Assembly (NCBI GenBank): GCA_016184105.1
Contig: JACPDI010000007.1
Span: 69,287-133,286, forward strand
Direction of reading: 5' to 3'
From: Acidobacteriota bacterium
GTDB taxonomy: Bacteria > Acidobacteriota > Vicinamibacteria > Vicinamibacterales > 2-12-FULL-66-21
DNA length: 64,000 nt
Part shown: piece by piece, positions 18,827-30,029 of the stretch
Position numbering within the stretch: position 1 is the first letter of the stretch
How the letters are laid out: the number at the start of each line of letters is the position of its first letter
Notes under the pieces: model-generated
Seen by the model: the letters and a program-made list of their open reading frames with translations, nothing else
Databases searched by the model: none
Told to the model about the DNA's origin: nothing
Made by a program: the position numbers and the translations under genes

Positions 18827-19425
18827 CCATGTCCTCTCTTCAGGCGATCCGGCAGTCGCGCGCGCAGCTTTTCGACCTTGGGCGCCGCGACGTACGCGAC
18901 GTACGGCTGCGAGGGATGACGCGCCGCGTAGTTCTGGTGGTACGGCTCGGCCTCGTAGAACTCCGTGAGCGGCTCGAGCGTCGTCACGATCGGCGCGGGA
19001 AAGACCCGCGCCGCGTCGAGCTGGCGGATATAGGCCGCGGCGGCATCTTTCTGCTGCGCGTCCTCGTAGAAGATCGCGGACCGGTACTGTGTCCCGCGAT
19101 CCGCCCCCTGCGCGTTGAGCTGCGTGGGATCGTGCGCGATGTAGAAGAACACCTTCAGGATCTGGCCGTACGTGATCCGTGAAGGATCGTAGCGAATCCG
19201 CACGGCCTCGGCGTGTCCCGTGGTGCCGCTGCACACCGCTTCGTAGTTGGCGGTCTCGCGGGTGCCCCCGGCGTAGCCGGAGACCACCGACGCGACACCG
19301 TCGAGCTGCAGGTACACCGCCTCCACACACCAGAAACAGCCGCCGGCGAGCACGGCGGCCGCCTCGCTTCCGCTCGCGGCCGCGAGGGGGATATCGGCGA
19401 TCGGATCGGGAAAACTCTCGCGCAT
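18823..19425 (-). CDS. msrA: Peptide-methionine (S)-S-oxide reductase
   Basis: It has the active-site motif GGCFWCVEAV and HDPTQLNAQGADRGTQYRS. A GGAGAG RBS lies upstream. Confidence 0.93.
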   Translation of the reverse strand: MRESFPDPIADIPLAAASGSEAAAVLAGGCFWCVEAVYLQLDGVASVVSGYAGGTRETANYEAVCSGTTGHAEAVRIRYDPSRITYGQILKVFFYIAHDPTQLNAQGADRGTQYRSAIFYEDAQQKDAAAAYIRQLDAARVFPAPIVTTLEPLTEFYEAEPYHQNYAARHPSQPYVAYVAAPKVEKLRARLPDRLKRGHG

Positions 19426-19445
19426 TCGCTCTCCAGCCGGGGGGG

Positions 19446-19507
19446 ATAAGGGGGACAGTCACACTTTCCGAAGTCGCGGCCCAGGAAAGTGTGACTGTCC
19501 CCCTTAT
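19446..19507. repeat. Palindromic repeat element copy B (24-bp perfect arms, 14-nt loop)
   Basis: The left arm is ataagggggacagtcacactttcc (19446-19469) and the right arm is ggaaagtgtgactgtcccccttat (19484-19507). It fills most of the divergent msrA/19526 intergenic region. Confidence 0.95.
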
Positions 19508-19525
19508 TCCACCTAGAATACCCCG

Positions 19526-20131
19526 ATGCTGCTCACCACCGCGCTGGTCGTCGCCATGCTCCACGTTGCGTCCTCGCTCCCGTCGCAGACGGAGGCGTCG
19601 GTCTGCATTGCCATGCCACGGGTGCAGATCGTCCAGGGCGATGCGGCAACCGCCGCGGCGGGCCTGCGCGACATGTTCGCGAGCTACCTGACGGGACCGA
19701 CGCTCAAGTCCGTGGCGCTCGAGGCGCGCCTCGCGTCGCAGGCGATGGAGGAAGCGCGCGTGAAGAACTGCGAGCGCGTGCTCCTCGCCTCGCTCACGCA
19801 GAAGCGCAAGGGCCCGAGCCGGCTGGGCAAGGTCGTCGGAGAAGCCGCCGAGGGGGCGCTCTGGCACGTGCCGGGCGGTTACTCCGCCGGCAGCGCCGCC
19901 GCCCGCTCGGCGGCGGTCGCGGGGGCGCGCGCGATCTCCACCGTCTCCTCCACCACACGCGCGCGAGACGAGTTCCGTCTCGAGTACCGTCTCGACACCG
20001 CCGATGGACGGCCCATCCTGCGACCGAAGACGGAACAGATGAAGGCGCGGACCGACGGCGAGGATCTGCTGACGCCGCTCGTCGAAAAGGCGTCGGAAGC
20101 CGTGGCTGCCGCGATGACGGCAAAGCAGTAA
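19526..20131 (+). CDS. Hypothetical protein with N-terminal signal-like segment
   Basis: A 201-aa ORF with the hydrophobic N-terminus MLLTTALVVAMLHVASS and no recognisable motif. Confidence 0.5.
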   Translation: MLLTTALVVAMLHVASSLPSQTEASVCIAMPRVQIVQGDAATAAAGLRDMFASYLTGPTLKSVALEARLASQAMEEARVKNCERVLLASLTQKRKGPSRLGKVVGEAAEGALWHVPGGYSAGSAAARSAAVAGARAISTVSSTTRARDEFRLEYRLDTADGRPILRPKTEQMKARTDGEDLLTPLVEKASEAVAAAMTAKQ

Positions 20132-20134
20132 CGC

Positions 20135-20947
20135 GTGCCCCGCGCGTCGATTCACCCGGGCCGCCCCGACGCCGTGAGCCTTTATTACGAGCTCCACGGC
20201 CCGGGCGACGCTCCTGCTCTCGTCCTGAACAACGGCATCCTGATGACCACGGCGAGCTGGCCGCTGCAGGTGCCGGTGCTCTCCCGCGAGTTTCGCCTCA
20301 TCCTGTACGACTGCCGCGGGCAGGGACAGTCGGACCATCCCGAGAGCCCCTACACCATGGCGCTGCACGCCGACGATCTGGCAGCGCTGCTCGATCATCT
20401 CCGGATCCCTCGCGCGCACATCGCCGGCATCTCGTACGGCGGCGAGGTGGCGCAGGCGTTTGCGCTCGCTCACCCGGATCGCGTCAGGAGCCTGGTCCTT
20501 GCGGATACCGTGAGCGAGGTCACGCCCGATCTCCAGGAGATCATCGGCGAGTGGCTCGAGGTCGCGCGCACCGCGGACGCAGAGCGGTTCTTCGACGTGA
20601 CGGTCGGCTGGAACTTCTCGCGGGCGTTCATCGACACGCACGCGGACCTGCTCGCGGACGCGCGGCGCCGCTACGATGCGCTCGATTTCCCTGCTGTCGC
20701 ACGGCTGTGCGAGTCCTTCCTGACATCGGTGGATTTCACCGGCCGGCTGCGCGAGGTGACCGCGCCGACGTGCGTTCTCGTCGGCGACCAGGATCGGTTG
20801 AAGGGGCCCGATCACGCCGCGCGCATCCATCGCGCGATTCCCGGCTCGGAATTCCGCGTCATAGCCGGCGCCGGTCACGCGTCCTGCTGGGAACGGCCGG
20901 AGGAGTTCAACCGGGTCGTCTTGTCCTTTCTGTCGGCGCACCCATAA
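20135..20947 (+). CDS. Alpha/beta-fold hydrolase
   Basis: It has the nucleophile elbow GISYGG, the oxyanion region LVLNNGI, and a C-terminal GAGHASCWERPEEF. Confidence 0.85.
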   Translation: MPRASIHPGRPDAVSLYYELHGPGDAPALVLNNGILMTTASWPLQVPVLSREFRLILYDCRGQGQSDHPESPYTMALHADDLAALLDHLRIPRAHIAGISYGGEVAQAFALAHPDRVRSLVLADTVSEVTPDLQEIIGEWLEVARTADAERFFDVTVGWNFSRAFIDTHADLLADARRRYDALDFPAVARLCESFLTSVDFTGRLREVTAPTCVLVGDQDRLKGPDHAARIHRAIPGSEFRVIAGAGHASCWERPEEFNRVVLSFLSAHP

Positions 20948-20998
20948 CGTACGATCGCTGGTAGTAGATCGAATCCCGTCCGTAGACTCAAGTCCTTC

Positions 20999-23212
20999 AT
21001 GCGTCAGTCGCGGCCGGCGGGCATCTTGTTCCCTGTTCTCATCCTGATCATCCTTCTTGGTCCGTCACCCGTGTCGGCGCAGGACGCCGCGGGATTCCAC
21101 GGGCGAGTCGTCGACGAGCGGACCAGCGTGCCGGTGGCCGGAGCCTCGGTCTCGATCGTCGGTCTCACCGGCTCGGTGCGGACCGCGGAAGACGGCCGCT
21201 TCACGTGGCTGCCACGCCCCGCGGTCCCGTTCCAGGTGATCGTGATCCTTCCCGGCGGACAGGTGGCGCGCCCCGTGCTCGTGGAATCGCTGGCCGACGA
21301 AATCACGATCCCGGTCAACCCGCTCGCGGACGAATCCGTCACGGTGCTCGGCGCCGCGCCGAGCGTTGATACGACACCGGCTTCGGGCACGACGATCCTC
21401 TCCAGTTCTCAGATCGCGCAGCGGACGCCCGAGCACCTGATGCAGGCGCTCGAAACGGTTCCCGGCGTCAACCAGGTGTCCGAGGGACACGCCGCGGTGC
21501 CAGCGCTGCGCGGCCTGGCGCGCGGGCGCACGTTGCTGCTCGTCGATGGCGCGCGCGTCACCGCCGAACGCCGCGTCGGGCCGAGCGCAACCTTTCTCGA
21601 TCCATCCGTCGTCGAGGGCATCGACGTCGCCCGCGGCCCGGGATCGGTCGCCTACGGATCCGATGCGCTCGGCGGCGTGATCTCGGTACGCACGCGCCGC
21701 GCCGAGCCGGGCAGCCCGCTGCGCGCGCGCCTCAGCGGCACGTATGCGGCCGGCAGCCCCGAACAGCGCGGCTCGCTGGAACTGTCAAAAGGGATCGCCC
21801 GCGGCGGCGTGCTCATGCACGCGCACGTGCGGAACGCCGAGGATTACGACACCCCTGCCGGAACGGTCTTCAACTCCGGGTGGGAAGATCGCGGTTTCCT
21901 GCTGCACGTCAACCACGAGCTGGCCGGCGGATTGTTCTCGGCGGGCTGGCAGAGCGACTACGGCCGCGATGTCGAGCGGCCCCGGAACAACTCGCGCCAG
22001 GTGCGCGTCTCTTACCCGTTCGAGAACTCGCACCGCCTCACCGCCTCCTATGAAGTTGCGGACGTGGCAGGGCTCAAGCAGATCTCGCTGACGGGCTTCT
22101 TCGGCACCTCCGATCAGCGCACGGACCAGGAGCAATTCGCCACCGCGACGAAGGGGCGGACCCTCGAGCGCGCTGACGTGACCGCGAATGATTTCCACGT
22201 GAAGGGCAGCGCGGAGAAGCTGGCCGGACAGTCAAGGCTGGAGTTTGGCGTGGATGTGAACGGGCGCTTCGGTCTCGAAGCGACCGACATGGTCGAGGTC
22301 TACGACCTCTCGGGCGCCCTGGTCGAAGACGCCGTCAACGTGTCGGTCGATAACGCCCGTCGCGTCGATGCAGGCGCATACCTCCAGGCGGAGTCAGCGT
22401 TCAGTTGGACGCGGCTCTCAGGGGGCGCCCGCGTCGATCGTGTCGCGACGAGGAGCGAAGGGGGCCACTTCGGCGACCACTCGACGACCCATGCTGCGGT
22501 ATCGGGCTTTGGCGCCGTGACTGTCGGCCCCTTCGAGGGGGCGAGCTTCAGCGCGCAGATCTCCCGCGGCTTCCGCGACCCGGTCCTGTCGGACCGCTAC
22601 TTCCGCGGGCCGTCGGGGCGCGGTTTCATCACCGGGAATCCGGACCTCGATCCGGAAACGAGCCTCCAGCTCGACGTCGCGGCACGCTACACCCGCGGGC
22701 GGGGGCAGGTCGCGGTCTACGCGTACCAATACCGGATCAATGATTTGGTGGAGCGGTATCAGGCGGAAACTGACTTCTTCTTTTTCCGCAATCGAGGGCG
22801 CGCGCGCCTGCGCGGCGTCGAGGTGGAAGCTCGCACCGAGATGGGCAGGGGTTACTCGCTCGAACTTGCGGCCCATACGGCACGCGGAATCGCGCTCGAT
22901 GACCGTGCTCATCTCGACGACGTGTCGCCGGCGAGCGTGTCCGTGGTGGGACGCAAATCGTTTGGCGAGCGGGCGTATGCGCAGGCCCGGTTCGCCGTCT
23001 ACGCTGAAGACGACCGGCCGGGGCCGAGCGAAGTGGTCTCGCCCGGCGCGGCGCTGTTCGATCTCGGCGGCGGCTGGCGCGCCAGCCGCTACCTCGAGTT
23101 CCGCGCCGTGGCGCGGAACCTGTTCGACGAGAAGTACTACGCCAGCCCGGACCCGCGCTGGGTGTACGCGCCGGGCCGATCGGCGTCGATCACCGCATCT
23201 CTGCAGTTCTGA
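20999..23212 (+). CDS. TonB-dependent outer-membrane receptor with N-terminal carboxypeptidase-regulatory-like domain
   Basis: It has a signal peptide, the motif GRVVDERTSVPVAGASVSIVG, and a plug region (ETVPGVNQV ... LLVDGARV). The long barrel ends in a terminal aromatic residue (...ASLQF). Confidence 0.88.
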   Translation: MRQSRPAGILFPVLILIILLGPSPVSAQDAAGFHGRVVDERTSVPVAGASVSIVGLTGSVRTAEDGRFTWLPRPAVPFQVIVILPGGQVARPVLVESLADEITIPVNPLADESVTVLGAAPSVDTTPASGTTILSSSQIAQRTPEHLMQALETVPGVNQVSEGHAAVPALRGLARGRTLLLVDGARVTAERRVGPSATFLDPSVVEGIDVARGPGSVAYGSDALGGVISVRTRRAEPGSPLRARLSGTYAAGSPEQRGSLELSKGIARGGVLMHAHVRNAEDYDTPAGTVFNSGWEDRGFLLHVNHELAGGLFSAGWQSDYGRDVERPRNNSRQVRVSYPFENSHRLTASYEVADVAGLKQISLTGFFGTSDQRTDQEQFATATKGRTLERADVTANDFHVKGSAEKLAGQSRLEFGVDVNGRFGLEATDMVEVYDLSGALVEDAVNVSVDNARRVDAGAYLQAESAFSWTRLSGGARVDRVATRSEGGHFGDHSTTHAAVSGFGAVTVGPFEGASFSAQISRGFRDPVLSDRYFRGPSGRGFITGNPDLDPETSLQLDVAARYTRGRGQVAVYAYQYRINDLVERYQAETDFFFFRNRGRARLRGVEVEARTEMGRGYSLELAAHTARGIALDDRAHLDDVSPASVSVVGRKSFGERAYAQARFAVYAEDDRPGPSEVVSPGAALFDLGGGWRASRYLEFRAVARNLFDEKYYASPDPRWVYAPGRSASITASLQF

Positions 23213-23860
23213 TCAGGCACGCAGCCGCGCCCGCACCGCTTCAATCTCGTCGCCGTTCACCGTGTGCCCCATGCCGGGGTAAATCCGTTCGTCCACCGCG
23301 GCGCCCAGGCGGCGAAAGACGCCGCCGGCTTCGTCCACGCGCCCGGCGGGGATATGCGGGTCCCGGTCGCTGCACCCGAGGAACACCGGCGTGCCCTCCA
23401 TCGTGCCGCCATAGCCGCGGTCCGTTCCATCCGGCCCGATGAGCCCGCCGCTCAGCCCGAACACGCCGCCGTAGCGCCGCGCGTGGCGCGCGGCGAACTC
23501 CAGCGCCAGACAGGCGCCCTGAGAAAAGCCGAGCAGGATGACGCGGTCGGCGCCGACGCGTTGCTGCGCGAGCGATTCCAGCAGCCTCTCGATTGCCCCG
23601 AGCCCGGAACTGATCCCCGGCTCGTTTTGCGCGATCGGCGAGAGAAAAGAGTACGGATACCACGTGCCGCCGGCCGCCTGCGGGGCCAGGTACGCAACAT
23701 CGGGCTCGGAGAACTCCTGCGCGAGCGCCATCATGTCGCCTGCCGACGCGCCGCGCCCGTGCACGAGGATCATCGCGAGCCGCGCGTCCGCAGCGCGCGC
23801 GCCGGCGTGCAACACGGGCTGGCCCGCGTGTGGATCGAGTGTGGCGACCTCCCCGATCAT
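23213..23860 (-). CDS. Phospholipase/carboxylesterase-family serine hydrolase (MhqD-like)
   Basis: It carries GFSQGA (GxSxG), a CSDRDPHIP Asp region, and a GMGHTV His region. Confidence 0.8.
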   Translation of the reverse strand: MIGEVATLDPHAGQPVLHAGARAADARLAMILVHGRGASAGDMMALAQEFSEPDVAYLAPQAAGGTWYPYSFLSPIAQNEPGISSGLGAIERLLESLAQQRVGADRVILLGFSQGACLALEFAARHARRYGGVFGLSGGLIGPDGTDRGYGGTMEGTPVFLGCSDRDPHIPAGRVDEAGGVFRRLGAAVDERIYPGMGHTVNGDEIEAVRARLRA

Positions 23861-23864
23861 CGCG

Positions 23865-24833
23865 TCACTTCGCCGGCACGGCGGCCGGCAGTGACACCGG
23901 GGGCAGCGCCTGCTCGATTCGCGCGCGCGCCGGTTCGAGCCACGGCGGCAGGATCAGCGCTTCGCCGAGATGCGCGGGATCCTCGTCCACGGAGAATCCA
24001 GGACCGTCGGTGGCCAGCTCGAACAGCACGCCGCCAGGCTCCTTGAAGTACACGGATTTGAACCAGAACCGATCGATCACCGGAGTGGCGTGCGCCCCCT
24101 CGTGTTCGACCGAGCCGCGTACCTGCAGCTGGTGCTCCTCGTCCGCCACGCGCCACGCGAGGTGGTGCACGCTGCCGACGCCCCATGCGCCGCGACGGGC
24201 CTCCGGGGCTTCGCGGATGTCGAGGACGCCGGCCGCATCGGCAATGCCAAACCGCGTCCATCCGTTGTGGGCGCCCAGGCGCTGAAACCCCAAGGACGAG
24301 GTCAGAAAGCGGGCGGTCGTCTCCGCGTCCCGTTCCCACAGCTGAGCCCCGTAGAGACCGCGGATCTGCCGCTCGGGTGCGACCGTGCTGTGCTCCCACG
24401 GTGTGAACTCGCGCGGCGGCGCGGGCGAGGGTTCCACCAGCGCCACGCGAAGGCCGTGCGGATCGACGAGCGCCAGCGCCCGGTCGGCGAACCGATTCTC
24501 GATCTCGCCGAGCGGGACGCGGTATCCCGAGAGCCGGCCTCCCCAGAATTCGAGGCTGCCGGCCGGGACCTCCAGGCCCACTTCGACGGCGAGCCCATGG
24601 CCAAGCCGCGGCGGGGCAAGCTGCACCCACGGAAAGAACGTCAGGTCCGCGCCCGGATGACCTTCGGCGTCCGCGTAAAACAGGTGGTACGTGCCCGGGT
24701 CGTCCTGGTTGACGGATTTCTTGACGAGCCGCATCCCCAGCACGCCGGCGTAGAAGTCGATGTTTTCCTGCGCGGGCCCGGAGATCGCGGTGATGTGGTG
24801 GATTCCGTTGACCCCGGAATTGACGCGAGACAT
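23865..24833 (-). CDS. Ring-cleaving dioxygenase of the glyoxalase/VOC superfamily (MhqO/MhqE-like)
   Basis: It has GIHHITAISGPAQENIDFYAGVLGMRLVKKSVNQDDPGTYHLFYAD and a second VOC repeat ending in HHLAWRV. It is paired with the esterase, as in the B. subtilis mhqED arrangement. Confidence 0.8.
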   Translation of the reverse strand: MSRVNSGVNGIHHITAISGPAQENIDFYAGVLGMRLVKKSVNQDDPGTYHLFYADAEGHPGADLTFFPWVQLAPPRLGHGLAVEVGLEVPAGSLEFWGGRLSGYRVPLGEIENRFADRALALVDPHGLRVALVEPSPAPPREFTPWEHSTVAPERQIRGLYGAQLWERDAETTARFLTSSLGFQRLGAHNGWTRFGIADAAGVLDIREAPEARRGAWGVGSVHHLAWRVADEEHQLQVRGSVEHEGAHATPVIDRFWFKSVYFKEPGGVLFELATDGPGFSVDEDPAHLGEALILPPWLEPARARIEQALPPVSLPAAVPAK

Positions 24834-24882
24834 AACACCTCGTCCTGTAATGACGCCTCGAGAGGTGCGGAGGGTCCATAAT

Positions 24883-24937
24883 AAGTGGGACAGTCACAGT
24901 TTCCGAGGCGGCCCAAGAAAGTGTGACTGTCCCACTT
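24883..24937. repeat. Palindromic repeat element copy C (21-bp arms, 1 mismatch, 13-nt loop)
   Basis: The left arm is aagtgggacagtcacagtttc (24883-24903) and the right arm is gaaagtgtgactgtcccactt (24917-24937). The loop shares GCGGCCCA with copy B. Confidence 0.9.
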
Positions 24938-24941
24938 CGTT

Positions 24942-26497
24942 TCAGAGCACGTACTGCTTCGCCAGCGATGTGAACGCCGCGACCTCGCGGCGCTGCCACC
25001 CTTCGTCACGCTTCAGCTCCCGTGCCATCAGCCGTGCCACTTCCGGCGCCATGCGCGTGGCGGCAGCGGCGTCGAGAAACAGCGCGCGGCACCGGCGCGC
25101 CAGCACGTCCTCCACGGTTCGCGCCATCTCGACGCGCGTGCTCCACACGACCTCCGCGCCCGTGTGTGGCAGCGCCGCATCCAGCGGCTCGGCCAACTCC
25201 GGATCGATCCGCATCAAATCCTGGATCGCCAGCGCGTCAGACCCGTAGACGCTGAGGGGGCCGAAACGTTCGGCGTGGGGGTGAAAGCCGTGGATGTTCA
25301 GCGTCCTGGTCACGCACGGCTTCTCGGGCAGGCGCGCCAGCTCGATCGCCTGGTTCACCGTGTCCTCCGCCATGTGCCGGTACGTCGTCCACTTGCCGCC
25401 GGTCGTGGTAAGGAGTCCGGACCGATCGATGTGGATCGTGTGATCGCGCGAGAGCGCCGCCGTGATCCGCGGATCGCCGCTCCGCACGAGCGGCCGGATT
25501 CCGACAAACACGCTCAACACATCGTCGCGCGTGGGCGCTTTGTGCAGATACCGCCCGGCGGTCTCCAGCACGAACTCGATCTCCGCCTCGCGCGCCACGG
25601 GCTCCAACGTGGGCTCGTCGATCGGCGTGTCCGTCGTGCCGACCAGCGTGTGGCCGTGCCAGGGAATGGCGAACATCACGCGGCCGTCGCGCGTGTGGGG
25701 CACCATGATGGCGCTGCGGCCCGGAAGGAACGACCGATCGAACACCAGGTGGATACCCTGGCTCGGCGCGATGAGCGCGGGAGCGCCTGGATCCGAGAGC
25801 TTCCGAACGGCGTCCGAGAACGGGCCGGCCGCGTTGATGACCACCTTGGCCCGAACGCGCAGCTCGCCACCCGACTCCAGGTCCCTCGCCACGACGCCGT
25901 CGAGCAGGCCGTCGCTCCCCCGCGTGACCGCGACGACCTGCGCGTAATTGATCAACGTTGCGCCTTGCTCGGCGGCGGTCTGCGCGAGGCTCACCAGCAG
26001 GCGCGAATCGTCGAACTGGCCGTCGTAATAGACGACGCCGCCGCGCAGGCCGTCCGTCTTGATCGTCGGCAGCCGCTCGAGCGTCTGCTCGCGCGTGAGG
26101 ATCTCCGAATTGCCGAACCCGTACTTGCCGGCGAGCAGGTTGTAGACCTTGAGGCCGACCCCGAAGAAGGGCGCCTCCCACCAGTCGTAATTCGGCACGA
26201 CGAACGGCAGGTTGCTCACCAGGTGCGGCGCGTTCTGCCGGAGAACGCCGCGCTCTTTGAGCGCTTCCATGACGAGCGAGATGTTTCCCTGCTCGAGATA
26301 GCGGACGCCGCCGTGCACCAGCTTCGTGCTCCGGCTCGAAGTGCCCTTTCCAAAGTCGTGCTGCTCGAGGAGCAGCACGTCGCAGCCGCGCGATGCTGCG
26401 TCCACGGCAATGCCCACGCCCGTCGCTCCGCCGCCGACGATGACGAAGTCCCATTCGGGTTTCTGCTGCCGGAGCCGCCCGAGCATCTCGTCGCGGT

Positions 26498-26501
<4 letters not shown>
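24942..26501 (-). CDS. glpD: FAD-dependent glycerol-3-phosphate dehydrogenase
   Basis: The start MNRDEM shares an ATGA overlap with the glpK stop. It has the dinucleotide fold [13 protein letters not shown] and the C-terminal GlpD-type helical domain. Confidence 0.9.
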
Positions 26502-28033
<1,532 letters not shown>

Positions 28034-28046
28034 CCCGGAGCGTTGA

Positions 28047-28868
28047 ATGGCGCAGCAGCCGCAGAGCATCGTCCGAGAGGTCCTCGCCGAATTTCTGGGT
28101 ACGTGCGTGCTGATTCTCTTCGGCGCGGGGGTCGTCGCGCAGTTTCTCCTGAGCGCCACGACCGCCGGAAGTTACCTGTCCATCAACATCGCCTGGGGGC
28201 TCGGGGTCACCATGGGCTGCTACGTCGCCGGCGGCGTGTCTGGTGCCCATCTCAACCCCGCGGTCACGCTGGCGCTCGCCGTCCACCGCGGCTTTCCGTG
28301 GCGCAAGGTCCTGCCTTACACCGCGGCGCAGACAGCCGGCGCGTTTGTCGCGTCGATCGTGGTCTTTGTGACGTATCACGAGGCGTTCGCGGCGTTCGAT
28401 GGCGGCGTGCGCCAGGTGCTCGGCGCGCAGGGGACGGCGGGAATCTTCGCCACCTACCCGCGTCCTTTTCTGAGCACGTTTCCCGGGGGATTCATCGACC
28501 AGGTGGTGGGCACGGCGATCCTGATGGGCGTCATCTTCGCCATCTCCGACGCTCGCAACGTGCCGCCGCCCGCAGGGCTCGCGCCGCTGATGGTGGGTTT
28601 GCTGGTCGTCGGGATCGGTGCTTCGTTCGGCTTCAACTCTGGTTACGCGATCAACCCGGCGCGCGACTTCGGTCCGCGGCTGTTCACGGCCGTCGCCGGC
28701 TGGGGAATGGAAGTCTTCCGCGCAGGCAACTCCTGGTGGTGGGTGCCGATCGTCGGTCCCTGCATCGGCGCGGTCGCCGGAGGCTGGGTGTACGACGCGC
28801 TCGTCGGTGGCCGTCTCCCGGCGGTCAACGCCGCGGGCGTCGAGGAAACTGGTCGGGATTATCCGTAA
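28047..28868 (+). CDS. glpF: Aquaglyceroporin / glycerol uptake facilitator (MIP family)
   Basis: It has two NPA boxes (HLNPAVT, INPARD) and six hydrophobic helices. It is divergent from glpK. Confidence 0.92.
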   Translation: MAQQPQSIVREVLAEFLGTCVLILFGAGVVAQFLLSATTAGSYLSINIAWGLGVTMGCYVAGGVSGAHLNPAVTLALAVHRGFPWRKVLPYTAAQTAGAFVASIVVFVTYHEAFAAFDGGVRQVLGAQGTAGIFATYPRPFLSTFPGGFIDQVVGTAILMGVIFAISDARNVPPPAGLAPLMVGLLVVGIGASFGFNSGYAINPARDFGPRLFTAVAGWGMEVFRAGNSWWWVPIVGPCIGAVAGGWVYDALVGGRLPAVNAAGVEETGRDYP

Positions 28869-29742
28869 ACACGGCGTCGACTCCATAGTCGTACAGAAAC
28901 TTTTCCATTTCCGCGCGAACGTCCGGGAACGATCCCGTGTTCGACGAGCGGAAGGTCCATGGCGTGACGGTGAGGCCCGCGGCGTGCGCCCACGAGACCA
29001 CGTCCGGCCGCGCGGAGACGATCGTCTTGTTCGGCCCGAGGCCGGTGGCCCACGTGGCAATCTCCTTCATCTTCCCGGGCGAGTCCACGCGGTGCGTCGC
29101 ACCCGGATCGACGAGAAACACGCGCGGGATCGCCGGAAGGTCCCTGGCAAGGTGCTTGAGCGTCGTATCGTCGAACGACTGGATGATGATCGGTGTCTTC
29201 GCGTCGGGAAGGGCGTTCTTCTTCAGGATCTCCGCCAGCAGCGTCTCCGGGCTCACGCCCCGCCGGCGGTAGAACTCCGGATCCTTGAGTTCCGGGTAAA
29301 GGCCGGCCTTTCCCTTCACCAGATCGATCGCTTCCTGGAATGTCGGGATGCGTGCCCCGGTGTACTTCTTGTCGAACCAGGCACCGGCGTCCAGCGTCTT
29401 GAGCTCGGCGAGCGTGAAGTCGCCAACAAGCCAGCGCCTCACCGCCGCCCCGCTCCCCTTCTGCTCGACGAACCGATTCGGAAACACGTCTTCGACGTTG
29501 GTGGTCCGCTCGAGCGTCAGGTCGTGGATACAGACCAGCACGCCGTCCTTCGTGACCGCGAGGTCCTGCTCGACGAAATCGGCCCCCTGCGAAAGAGCGA
29601 GCGTGTAGGCGTCGATCGTGTGCTCGGGCGCATACGCGGACGCGCCGCGATGGGCCACGAGCTGCTTCGTCGCCCCGGGCTGCCGGCCGCTGACCGCCAC
29701 AACTGCAAGCATAAGCGCGCACACCGTCAGAGCCGTTCGCAT
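28825..29742 (-). CDS. glpQ: Secreted glycerophosphodiester phosphodiesterase
   Basis: I chose the start MRTALTVCALMLAVVAV (signal peptide). It has HRGASAYAPEHT and FVEQDL GDPD motifs. It overlaps the glpF 3' end convergently by 44 nt. Confidence 0.85.
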   Translation of the reverse strand: MRTALTVCALMLAVVAVSGRQPGATKQLVAHRGASAYAPEHTIDAYTLALSQGADFVEQDLAVTKDGVLVCIHDLTLERTTNVEDVFPNRFVEQKGSGAAVRRWLVGDFTLAELKTLDAGAWFDKKYTGARIPTFQEAIDLVKGKAGLYPELKDPEFYRRRGVSPETLLAEILKKNALPDAKTPIIIQSFDDTTLKHLARDLPAIPRVFLVDPGATHRVDSPGKMKEIATWATGLGPNKTIVSARPDVVSWAHAAGLTVTPWTFRSSNTGSFPDVRAEMEKFLYDYGVDAVFTDNPDQFPRRPRR

Positions 29743-30029
29743 GGATATGTGGACGCGAAAAAGAGGAAGCGCATTTCTGCGCCTCCCCTTGCGCCTCGTG
29801 CGGGGAATAGCGCCACGCCCGCCGCGACCGCCAGCGCGATGGCGAGCCAGATGCCCGGAGGCACCAGCAGCCACGCCGGATCGGGGCACGGTCATGGCGA
29901 GCCCGTTGATCCAGGTGGCGGGCACGTCCACCGCGCGCTCGCCTGCGAGCCGCGTATGAGTCAGGGGGGATTATAGACACGGGGAGAAGGAAAAAGGGAA
30001 AACGCAAAAGGCAAAAGCAGGGCCTGTCG

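Noticed and set aside
18575-20941. A 788-aa minus-strand ORF spanning msrA, a palindromic element and two plus-strand genes.
   Set aside because: Only its last 83 codons (18575-18826, DUF4342-like) look real. The rest runs through msrA in another frame and through intergenic repeat DNA.
20948-20998. GATCGAATCCC in the intergenic region before the TonB-dependent receptor, considered as a possible tRNA fragment or riboswitch.
   Set aside because: The flanks do not pair into a T-stem, and the region is only 51 bp, too short for a cobalamin or other riboswitch.
11934-24937. Could the repeated palindromes be a CRISPR array?
   Set aside because: The copies are 5-7 kb apart with genes between them. 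Each copy is a self-complementary hairpin rather than a direct repeat with short spacers, and no cas genes are present.
29743-29900. A possible short TM-peptide ORF (…GIWLAIALAVAAGVALF…) upstream of and overlapping the glpQ start.
   Set aside because: It has no clear start codon or RBS, and hydrophobic stretches arise easily from GC-rich frames.
29970-29975. A perfect TATAAT on the minus strand in the A/T-rich patch downstream of the 55-aa ORF.
   Set aside because: It is 228 nt upstream of the glpQ start with no convincing -35. It may be a promoter but is unsupported, so it is not listed as a feature.
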